The notes under the pieces were generated by a model. The model was not told the origin of the DNA. It saw only the letters and a list, made by a program, of their open reading frames with translations, and ran no database searches. From NCBI GenBank assembly GCA_018694835.1, contig JABHOG010000007.1, forward strand, positions 5,525-69,524: DNA of 64,000 nucleotides. Reading direction: 5' to 3'. The stretch is from Planctomycetota bacterium (GTDB lineage: Bacteria; Planctomycetota; UBA8108; UBA1146). Shown here piece by piece: positions 30,915 to 38,645 of the stretch (positions are counted from its first letter, which is position 1; every line of letters begins with the position of its first letter). The translations under genes were made by a program, and so were the position numbers.

Positions 30915-31616
30915 CTAGAGGGACTGCAATGGCCGGGGGGGTCCATCTCCTTCGGAGAAGACCGAAGACTCCACCACCACGGCTGGAATCCCCGAGACGA
31001 TCGTACCCGGACCCACGTCCGAGGTGATAACGGATCCGGGGAGAACTACTGCTCCTCGACCGACGAAACACCCCGCCAGCACCCTGGATCCCGCCCCCAT
31101 GAACACCTGATCGCCGATCCTCGACAGGTCATCGAGAGATGTTCCTGCCTCCAGCACACAGGCATCTCCGCAACGAGCGCCAATTCCCAGGCGAACGCCA
31201 GGCAGAAGCAGAGAAGCGGTTCCCAGCGAAGCTTCCGATTCGACGCTGCAGCCCTGGTCGATCACGACTCCCGGACCCATCCTCACATCGGCCCCGATTT
31301 TGGCCTCGGGAGAGATGATTCCGACCACCTCTGCCGCCAGTTCCTGGCAGCATCGGAGTGCTTCCCACCGTTCTGCTGGGCGCGAGAAGGCGAAGCAGAC
31401 CGCGGTCGCCCGCTGATCGAGGATGGTCGCCAGTTGGTCGAAGGATCCGACGATTTGGTGGCGCTGGAGGCCACTCTCCTCATCCCATATGACGGGGCTG
31501 TCCGATCCACTCCAGGGGATCACACCGATCAAATCCATCGAAGAATGCTGCAGCAAGGCCAGGACCCTGCGCAACTCGATCCCGTAACCCAGGACCAATA
31601 CCTTTGGCTGAACCAT
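30915..31616 (-). CDS. NeuD/PglD-like hexapeptide-repeat (left-handed beta-helix) acetyltransferase
   Basis: N-terminal Rossmann-like VLVLGYG, hexapeptide repeats (AKIGADVRMGPGVVI, SRIGDQVFMGAGSRVL) and C-terminal VSGIPA. Confidence 0.75.
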   Translation of the reverse strand: MVQPKVLVLGYGIELRRVLALLQHSSMDLIGVIPWSGSDSPVIWDEESGLQRHQIVGSFDQLATILDQRATAVCFAFSRPAERWEALRCCQELAAEVVGIISPEAKIGADVRMGPGVVIDQGCSVESEASLGTASLLLPGVRLGIGARCGDACVLEAGTSLDDLSRIGDQVFMGAGSRVLAGCFVGRGAVVLPGSVITSDVGPGTIVSGIPAVVVESSVFSEGDGPPRPLQSL

Positions 31617-31883
31617 CTGAACTCTTCCTCGCTGCTCGGATGGGCCGATGAACCGCCGCAAGAAGCGGAATCCACCACCCACTGAGTCTCTTCCTGTACA
31701 GATGATACAAGTGACATCTCCGGTCGGCACCCGCTTGTTGCCCGGTAATCTCCGATTGTCGGGGTCACTGGCAGAGATTCGAGCAGATGGTGCTTCTTCC
31801 CTCCCCTCGGAGGGGTCGAGACGCTAGGATACGCTCTTCTGGAGCCGCTCCAGCGCTCCAAACCTGCGGAACAGGAGCCCCTC

Positions 31884-32255
31884 ATGTCGACTTCCCCGAG
31901 CCGCCAACTGGAGACTTTCGCCAATCCTCAGCCGGGACGTGATTACATCATCCAGTTCGACTGTCCCGAGTTCACCTGTTTGTGCCCGCTGACGGGCCAG
32001 CCCGATTTCGCCCACTTCGAGTTCGAATACATCCCCGATGTCAGTTGCCTCGAGACCAAATCGTTGAAGTTGTACCTCTGGTCCTACCGCAACGAGGGCG
32101 CATTTCACGAGGCGGTGACCAACCAGATCCTCGACGACCTGGTGGCCGCCTGTCAGCCGAGATGGATGAAGGTGACTGGTCGCTTCTTTGTCCGCGGGGG
32201 AATCACCCCGACCATCATCGTCGAACACCGCGCCCACGCCACTGAAGAGGCTTGA
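31884..32255 (+). CDS. queF: NADPH-dependent 7-cyano-7-deazaguanine (preQ0) reductase, short type
   Basis: Motifs [33 protein letters not shown] and RGGI. Confidence 0.96.
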   Translation: MSTSPSRQLETFANPQPGRDYIIQFDCPEFTCLCPLTGQPDFAHFEFEYIPDVSCLETKSLKLYLWSYRNEGAFHEAVTNQILDDLVAACQPRWMKVTGRFFVRGGITPTIIVEHRAHATEEA

Positions 32256-32280
32256 CCCGCGAACATCTGTTCACCATCCT
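32252..32280 (+). promoter_or_regulatory. lexA promoter with SOS box CGAACATCTGTTCA between the -35 and -10 elements
   Basis: TTGACC (32252-32257), 17-nt spacer, CATCCT (32275-32280). GAAC-N4-GTTC at 32261-32272 lies in the spacer. Confidence 0.8.
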
Positions 32281-32333
32281 GATCCACGGCTCTGGACCCG
32301 AAGATCGGTTCCAGGTTCTCCTGTGGAGGTGAT

Positions 32334-33074
32334 TTGATTCCCCCGACCGCTGATTCGTCCGATCAGAATCGTACCGATCCCACTTCTGCGGGATCCCAAT
32401 CCGCCCATCCACCGCTCACTGGCAATCGCCTGCAGGTACTGGAATTGCTGCGCCAGAGCGTGCGCCAGAACCGTCCCGCCACGGTGCGAGAGATCGCCCG
32501 GCAACTGGGGCTCTCCTCCCCCGCTTCGGTGCATCGACATCTGCGTCGCCTCGAACAGATGGGGCTGATCGAGCGAGACCCAGCAGCCGGGTCTCGCAAC
32601 TGGCAACCGATCCAGCAGCAACAACACGCCACTTCCTCATCGATCCCGGTGGTGGGACGCATCGCCGCAGGAGAGCCGATCGAAAGTGCTGGTGACGCGA
32701 CATCGAGGGCGGATGCCACCATCCCGATCGACCCCAAGACCTTTGGATCCGCTGCCACCATCGTCGCACTCCAGATCGAAGGGATGAGCATGAGAGATGC
32801 CGGCATCTTGTCGGGAGATCTCGCCATCGTGAGAAGACAGCCGACGGTAGAAAATGGTGAGATCGCCGCGGTCTCCATCGACGGCGAGGGCACTCTCAAG
32901 ATCTGGCGCGGGCCACATGAGGGTGAAGGAGTCGGTCCACAGAAAACGGTCCGCTCGGTTCGACTTGAGGCTGCGAACTGCGGATTCGAGACGATGGAGA
33001 TCGATCCTGGCCAGCATCAGGTGGAAGTGTTTGGCAAGTTGGTCGGCATCATCCGTCGCTTCGAACGACACTGA
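32334..33074 (+). CDS. lexA: SOS-response repressor/autopeptidase LexA
   Basis: wHTH PATVREIARQLGLSSPASVHRHLRRLEQMGLIERD, cleavage site GRIAAG, Ser in GMSMRDAGI and Lys in TLK. Confidence 0.95.
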   Translation: MIPPTADSSDQNRTDPTSAGSQSAHPPLTGNRLQVLELLRQSVRQNRPATVREIARQLGLSSPASVHRHLRRLEQMGLIERDPAAGSRNWQPIQQQQHATSSSIPVVGRIAAGEPIESAGDATSRADATIPIDPKTFGSAATIVALQIEGMSMRDAGILSGDLAIVRRQPTVENGEIAAVSIDGEGTLKIWRGPHEGEGVGPQKTVRSVRLEAANCGFETMEIDPGQHQVEVFGKLVGIIRRFERH

Positions 33075-33087
33075 GCGGAGCCACAGA

Positions 33088-33348
33088 ATGGAAATTCGAG
33101 AAGAAGAGATTCACGAGGCCCTCGATGAAGTGGTGGCCGCCTTTCGCGGAGGAGCCATCGAGATCCGCTCGCTGGTATGGCGTGGCCGATCTTTTGCCGT
33201 CCAGCAGATGCACGCCAGTTGGATCGACCGCTCGATTCAGCCACCGGTCCACGGTTTCACCGTCACTCTGGAAACCGACGACCTGCTGGAACTGGCCTAC
33301 CAGGAGGGCGACCTGGTCTGGCGTGTCGAGCGCTTATTCCTGCAGTGA
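33088..33348 (+). CDS. small (86 aa) ImuB-C/DUF6504-like protein
   Basis: GGAG RBS, 13 nt after the lexA stop. The pattern LVWRGRSFAV......W.....FTV......ELAY.....WRV recalls DUF6504 and the ImuB C-terminal domain (by recognition, not searched). Confidence 0.65.
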   Translation: MEIREEEIHEALDEVVAAFRGGAIEIRSLVWRGRSFAVQQMHASWIDRSIQPPVHGFTVTLETDDLLELAYQEGDLVWRVERLFLQ

Positions 33349-33371
33349 CCCGCATCTCGCTCCAGTCGCAT

Positions 33372-35081
33372 CTAACGAGTGGCCCCTGCCCCTCGGAAAG
33401 ATGATTCCGCCTTACCAAAAGAATCGTCCAGGTCGTGAAACTGTCCTCCCCCATCGCGAGCCACCCCTTGCAGGAACTCGCGGTTTTTGCCGTGGATCTG
33501 GCCGACCGAGAGCACATGAATGCGCGCCTGTCCCCACCGATTCCAGCGTCGGATGTGCCAGCGAAGCCGATCCCCTTGCTGGACCCGCCCCTCGGTGGGA
33601 GCACCCTCGGTGAGTAACATCACCGTATCGGTGCCCGCTTCGAGAACTGCACGGCGCAGCGGCCCGTAAAGGTTTCCTCGCGCCTCCCCGCGCCCCGAGG
33701 GAACCTCCTGTGATCCGATCTTTTTCTCCAGTGCCTTGCGGCTGCGCACCAGCGGCTGAACTCTTGGCAGTGCCGGAATACTATGACTACCGAAGTGCAC
33801 GACCTGGACCATCGCCTCACGAGGTAACTCTCCCAGCACTCGCAGTAATTCGTTCCGCGCAACATCGATGCGCCTGGCACCATCCCCACCAAAACGACCA
33901 TCCACAGTTCGCGACATCCCACCGGAGACATCGGAAAGGAAGACGATTCGAGTCGAGTCGAGCGGCACACCGTGATATCGAATCACCCGGGTGCCCTGGG
34001 TCGGGTCATCGGTATCCTCCGCTCGATCGCCGGCTCCGGTCTGCTCCTCGGCAGCGCCCCCCTCCACCCAGCTCTTACGATGGGCCTTCCACCATGAATC
34101 CCACGAACTGAAACTCGAGCCGATGGGAGAACCCTGATCTGGCATCTCGGTGATGAGTTGCAAGGTCGGCCAGAGTCGTGCCAGGGTCGAGCCCTCCAAC
34201 GTGGAGGCCAAAGGGATCAGCCCGTCGATCAATTCCGCTCGACGACCACGAGGCAAAGCCCGCCCCTCCACTGCCAGGATCTCGAGGCCAGCCCGACGAA
34301 TCCGTTCGCCCCAGATCCCTTGCCGATCCTTCCAACGATCGGTCACCGCCTCATAGGCCGCGCGACATCCCCGTTCGAGGTCCACCACCACCAGTCCCTG
34401 CAGGGCGGCGATGCGCAGTGCTGGCAACTTCTTCTCGGTCAATCGCCGTTCCAGTAGTGCCCTGGCGGCCTCGCCATCGATGACCGCCAACGTGCGCAGC
34501 GCTTCTCCCTGGACAAACCATGGAGACCCCCTCTTCGCCTGCTGCGTCACCAACTCGATCATTTTCTTGTCGTGTGCTGAACTCGGTAGTGCTGCCAGTG
34601 CACCGAGGGCCATCTCCCGTGCATCGGCGGAGGAAGATCGGCGGACCACCGCCAGTAACTCGCTCTTCAACTCGGCATCGGGCTGCTGGAGGAAGATTTC
34701 CGCCAGGATCTCATCGAGCCCCAGCGCTGTTCGATCGTTCGGCTTCGTCTGACCAAAGCCTACTCTCAAGGCTCGGCGCTGCTCGACACTCCACTGCTCG
34801 ACGATCTGGCCAAAGACCTGATCGCGGACGGTTCCAGAAGGATCGCGCAGCAGTTCCAGCACCTGCTCCACGTCGCCGGGCCCCTGATCCACCCGAAGCC
34901 GTGCATCTCGAGCGGCATTTCGTTGTTTCTCGACCGATCGCTGGAGATCGACCCGTTCGGTCGGAGGTTGTGGAATCTGCGCTGCGACTGCGCTGGTCCA
35001 GCAGAGCGCCACGATCGTCAGAGCCGTCGACCATCTGGGGCTCCCCCCGAGGCACCCACCGAGGCACCCGCCGATGCCCAT
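33372..35081 (-). CDS. exported HEAT-repeat protein with C-terminal von Willebrand A domain
   Basis: HEAT-like helices (AREMALGALAAL, VQGEALRTLA, LRIAALQGL). vWA motifs IVFLSDVSGGM, VMLLTEGAPTEG and FLQGVARDGGGQF. Start uncertain (35081 or 35141). Confidence 0.75.
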   Translation of the reverse strand: MGIGGCLGGCLGGSPRWSTALTIVALCWTSAVAAQIPQPPTERVDLQRSVEKQRNAARDARLRVDQGPGDVEQVLELLRDPSGTVRDQVFGQIVEQWSVEQRRALRVGFGQTKPNDRTALGLDEILAEIFLQQPDAELKSELLAVVRRSSSADAREMALGALAALPSSAHDKKMIELVTQQAKRGSPWFVQGEALRTLAVIDGEAARALLERRLTEKKLPALRIAALQGLVVVDLERGCRAAYEAVTDRWKDRQGIWGERIRRAGLEILAVEGRALPRGRRAELIDGLIPLASTLEGSTLARLWPTLQLITEMPDQGSPIGSSFSSWDSWWKAHRKSWVEGGAAEEQTGAGDRAEDTDDPTQGTRVIRYHGVPLDSTRIVFLSDVSGGMSRTVDGRFGGDGARRIDVARNELLRVLGELPREAMVQVVHFGSHSIPALPRVQPLVRSRKALEKKIGSQEVPSGRGEARGNLYGPLRRAVLEAGTDTVMLLTEGAPTEGRVQQGDRLRWHIRRWNRWGQARIHVLSVGQIHGKNREFLQGVARDGGGQFHDLDDSFGKAESSFRGAGATR

Positions 35082-35108
35082 CCGGCGGATCCAGCACCAG
35101 AGTTGTGG

Positions 35109-35122
35109 CGAACATCTGCTCG
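35109..35122. promoter_or_regulatory. candidate third SOS box CGAACATCTGCTCG (one mismatch)
   Basis: Shares GCGAACATCTG with the lexA and dinB boxes; lies about 28 nt upstream of ATG 35081 of the HEAT-vWA gene. Confidence 0.45.
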
Positions 35123-35173
35123 AGAGAGGCTTGGTTACCATCGAGGGCACCCTTTCAATACAGACCCTGCAAA

Positions 35174-35243
35174 TCGACAAGGCTCGACAAGGCTCGACAA
35201 GGATCGACAAGGATCGACAAGGATCGACAAGGATCGACAAGGC
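35174..35243. repeat. 7 x 10-bp tandem repeat TCGACAAGG(C/A) in a divergent intergenic region
   Basis: Read directly from the sequence; copies start every 10 bp from 35174 to 35234. Confidence 0.95.
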
Positions 35244-35401
35244 ACTGCAATTCGTCGAGGAACTGCTCTACCGAACCGAATGATAAATGGATCTTGCGGC
35301 GGTGCCAGTACTACAGAATCCGTTACCGGACACCTTCAAGAGGAGGGCTCGATGGTCCATGCTGCAGCCATGGGTCGAAAGCGACCCGGAAGGAGCGGTC
35401 G

Positions 35402-36082
35402 ATGAGAGTCTGGTCGAATCGTTGCGCAATCGTCCTACTGGTACTGCTGAGCCTCCTGCCATGCGGCTGCACTGCTCTCGACCTGAGCGCCAGAATCGAC
35501 GATCTGACCGACACGGTGCGCGGTCGCGTCGGTGCCGGGTTGGGACTCTACGGCGAGATCGAAGCCACCTGCTGGTTGCACCCGGCGATCGGCTTCGTCG
35601 ATGCGAACCTTGCTCCACGTTTCACCATCGGCCACGACCCACGACCGGGACAGCCCGCCGGAGTGCTACGCTCGGCCTCTTTTCCGACGATGCTGTTCGC
35701 GTTCCCCTTCGCCAAGGCAGCGCCAGGAACGACCGACGACTCGGCCATCTCCGCTCCGCTCAAGGGCTGGCTCAACGCCTGCATCCTCAGAGGAGATCAC
35801 CATGTCGAGGGGGAATCGTGCTCACTGCTGCAGTGGCACCGAGAACTTCATCATGACTGGCTGATCCCGGCTCCCTCACTGGCTCAACTGTCGCAGGCTC
35901 AGCGCAGCAGCAGGAACACCTGGTTCGCCATTTCGGGTACACTGGGTGTGGTAACCATCGATGGAGGCATCAACCCGCTGGAACTGCTCGATGCCTTGCT
36001 CGGCTGGTTCGGAGTCGACCTGATGGAAGATGATCTGCGCCGCCTGGTGCCCTCACCCACCGCCAGAGAAGAGGAATCCTGA
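35402..36082 (+). CDS. hypothetical lipoprotein, translationally coupled to fadE
   Basis: Signal peptide/lipobox MRVWSNRCAIVLLVLLSLLPCGC with AGGAG RBS. C-terminal GINPLELLDALLGWFGVD. TGATG overlap with fadE. Confidence 0.7.
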   Translation: MRVWSNRCAIVLLVLLSLLPCGCTALDLSARIDDLTDTVRGRVGAGLGLYGEIEATCWLHPAIGFVDANLAPRFTIGHDPRPGQPAGVLRSASFPTMLFAFPFAKAAPGTTDDSAISAPLKGWLNACILRGDHHVEGESCSLLQWHRELHHDWLIPAPSLAQLSQAQRSSRNTWFAISGTLGVVTIDGGINPLELLDALLGWFGVDLMEDDLRRLVPSPTAREEES

Positions 36083-38547
36083 TGTTCGAAGATGTTCCAC
36101 TACCTCTCTTCTGCTTGCTGATCGGAGTCCCGGCGCTATGGCTACTGCTGGCGGGCAAGGTGCGCTGGGCCTGGACCGTCGCCGGAGCAATCTTATCTGC
36201 TCTCCCGTTACTCTCCCCCGAACCACCGACCATCACCGATCGGATCATCTGGATCGGCTTTGCCGTGTTGCTGGTGATCGGCTTCATCGCACCCCTGCGG
36301 CGCTGGTGGATCACCTCGATGGTGATGGGAATCGTCAAGAAAGTTCTCCCCGCCATCAGTGATACGGAGCGAGAGGCACTGGAGGGGGGCACGGTCTGGT
36401 GGGACGGTGAAATCTTCTCAGGAGCTCCGGACTGGAAGCACTGGTTTTCCCTCGGGCCGGCACAACTGACCGCAAGAGAACGAGAGTTCATCGATGGCCC
36501 GGTCGCAGAGTTGACTCAATTTGTCGATAACTGGAAGGATCGCCAGGACGGTTCCATCTCCGATGAAGCGTTCGACTTCCTCGCCTCGCGCGGATTCTTC
36601 GGCATGATCATCCCCGAGAGTTATGGCGGACTCGGATTCTCCGCGGCCGCCATGTCCGCAGTGATCTCTCACGTGGCCACACTGAGCAACGCACTGGCGA
36701 TCACCGTGATGGTTCCCAACTCCCTGGGGCCAGGCGAGTTGTTACTGCACTACGGAACCGACGCACAAAAAGATCGCCTGTTGCCACTGCTGGCGAACGG
36801 TCAGGAAATTCCCTGCTTCGCACTCACCGAACCGGGAGCCGGTTCGGATGCGGCAGGATCGATGACGAGTGATGGCGTGGTGGTCGAGCAAGAAGTCGAC
36901 GGACAGAAAGTACTCGGAATCCGACTCAACTGGGACAAGCGCTACATCACATTGGCGCCGCGCGCGACGCTGGTCGGAGTCGCTTTCCGCCTCCATGACC
37001 CCGATCATCTGCTCGGCCAGGTGGATGACCTGGGGATCACCTGTGCACTCGTCTCTGCAGACCTGGATGGAGTCGAGATCGGCGAACGACACGACCCCCT
37101 CGGAGTTCCCTTCCTCAACGGCCCGACCCGCGGTCGTGATGTGTGGGTTCCCATCGATGCGGTGATCGGCGGCGAAGGGGGCTGTGGCAAGGGCTGGCGG
37201 ATGTTGATGCAATGCCTCTCGGCAGGACGCGGCATCTCGCTGCCCTCCAGTTCTGCGGGCGGTTGCCAGTTATGCCTGCGAGTCGCCGCGACTCACGCCT
37301 CGGTGCGAGAGCAGTTTGGTCTACCGATCGGACGCTTCGAAGGAGTCCAGGAACCGCTGGTCCGATGCGCCTCCAGCAGTTACGCCCTCGATGCACTCCG
37401 AGGTATCACCACCCTGGCGGTCGACCGTGGCGAAAAGCCCGCAGTCATCAGTGCCATCGCCAAGGCGTTCGCCACCGAACGATTGCGTGAGGTGGTCAAT
37501 GACTCGATGGACATCGTCGCTGGAAATGCCATCTGCCGCGGTCCCCGAAACGAGCTCGCCAATGCCTACTCGGCAGTTCCGGTCGGAATCACCGTCGAGG
37601 GCGCCAATATCCTGACTCGCACCATGATCATCTTTGGCCAGGGCGCAGTTCGCTGCCATCCTTTCGTCACCGCCGAACTGGAAGCGGTGGAAAAGGCAGA
37701 CCTGGCCGCCTTCGATCGTGCCTTCTGGGGACATGTCGGTTTCGTCGTGTCCAATGGAACCCGCTCACTGTTCCACAGAATCAGCGGCTACCGCCTGACC
37801 GGGCGCGACTTCGACGGAATCATCGGTCGCTGCCAGCAGCGGCTGACCGGCTTGTCGGCTCACTTCGCACTCAGTTCCGACATTGCGATGGCCAGTCTCG
37901 GCGGATCGCTCAAGCGCAAGGAACACCTGACCGGTCGACTCGCCGATGCCCTCTCCTGGATCGCCGTCGGCTCGGCAGCGCTGAAGAAGTTTCACGACGA
38001 CGGTCGTCCCGATCGAGATGCTGAGCTGGTCCAGTACCTGATGGAAACCTGTGTTCTACGGACCGAGGAAGCACTGGCGGGGTTCGTCCAGAATCTTCCA
38101 CACCGTCCAGCGGCGTGGGCTCTTCGTTTGCTGGGAGTACCCGGTCGAGCGATCACGCTCGGTCCCTCCGATCGGCTGGCGGATCGGATCGCATCCGACC
38201 TGCTCGATGGATCGGCGCTGATCCGAAGCCTCACCGAGGATGTGATCTCACGGCCCGCCGGCAGCCCTGGCCTGGCGACCCTCGAAGCCGCTCTGGAAAA
38301 GATCGTCGCGTCCCGTGGCGACACGGAAGCGTTGAAGGATGCCATCCGGGCCAAGCGTCTAGAAAAGCATCCGGCCTCGACGCTGGTCGAGAGAGGGCGC
38401 GCAGCAGGAGTCATCGATGAAGAGGGTGAGCGGCGCCTCCGCGAGGCGGATCTGGCCCGTCGCGAGGCGATTACCGTCGATTCCTTTGCCGCAGGAAGTT
38501 GCCCTGCGACCGAGCAATACCCGACCGATTCTACTGCGACTCAGTGA
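36082..38547 (+). CDS. fadE: large membrane-anchored acyl-CoA dehydrogenase (E. coli FadE type)
   Basis: Motifs LPAISDTEREALEGGTVWWDGE, VMVPNSLGPGELLLHYGT, PCFALTEPGAGSDA, WDKRYITLAP, REQFGLPIGRFEGV and ITVEGANILTR. Confidence 0.93.
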   Translation: MFEDVPLPLFCLLIGVPALWLLLAGKVRWAWTVAGAILSALPLLSPEPPTITDRIIWIGFAVLLVIGFIAPLRRWWITSMVMGIVKKVLPAISDTEREALEGGTVWWDGEIFSGAPDWKHWFSLGPAQLTAREREFIDGPVAELTQFVDNWKDRQDGSISDEAFDFLASRGFFGMIIPESYGGLGFSAAAMSAVISHVATLSNALAITVMVPNSLGPGELLLHYGTDAQKDRLLPLLANGQEIPCFALTEPGAGSDAAGSMTSDGVVVEQEVDGQKVLGIRLNWDKRYITLAPRATLVGVAFRLHDPDHLLGQVDDLGITCALVSADLDGVEIGERHDPLGVPFLNGPTRGRDVWVPIDAVIGGEGGCGKGWRMLMQCLSAGRGISLPSSSAGGCQLCLRVAATHASVREQFGLPIGRFEGVQEPLVRCASSSYALDALRGITTLAVDRGEKPAVISAIAKAFATERLREVVNDSMDIVAGNAICRGPRNELANAYSAVPVGITVEGANILTRTMIIFGQGAVRCHPFVTAELEAVEKADLAAFDRAFWGHVGFVVSNGTRSLFHRISGYRLTGRDFDGIIGRCQQRLTGLSAHFALSSDIAMASLGGSLKRKEHLTGRLADALSWIAVGSAALKKFHDDGRPDRDAELVQYLMETCVLRTEEALAGFVQNLPHRPAAWALRLLGVPGRAITLGPSDRLADRIASDLLDGSALIRSLTEDVISRPAGSPGLATLEAALEKIVASRGDTEALKDAIRAKRLEKHPASTLVERGRAAGVIDEEGERRLREADLARREAITVDSFAAGSCPATEQYPTDSTATQ

Positions 38548-38645
38548 TGCCTGAGGGTCACGAAGAGTCCACCGCCTGACCCGGAAACGGCGCTACGGCA
38601 CGACAGCCAGAATCACTGCATCCAGAATCACTACACTGAAGCGGA

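Noticed and set aside
31779-31793. SOS-box-like TCGAGCAGATGGTGC upstream of queF
   Set aside because: Both half-sites deviate (GAGC and GGTG); too degenerate to call.
31617-31883. preQ1 riboswitch upstream of queF
   Set aside because: No recognisable preQ1 stem with an A-rich tail; a divergent class cannot be excluded without an Rfam search.
34520-35401. Upstream 294 codons of the 520-aa ORF 34520-36082
   Set aside because: Antisense to the HEAT-vWA gene and runs across the repeat; the RBS and signal peptide support a start at 35402.
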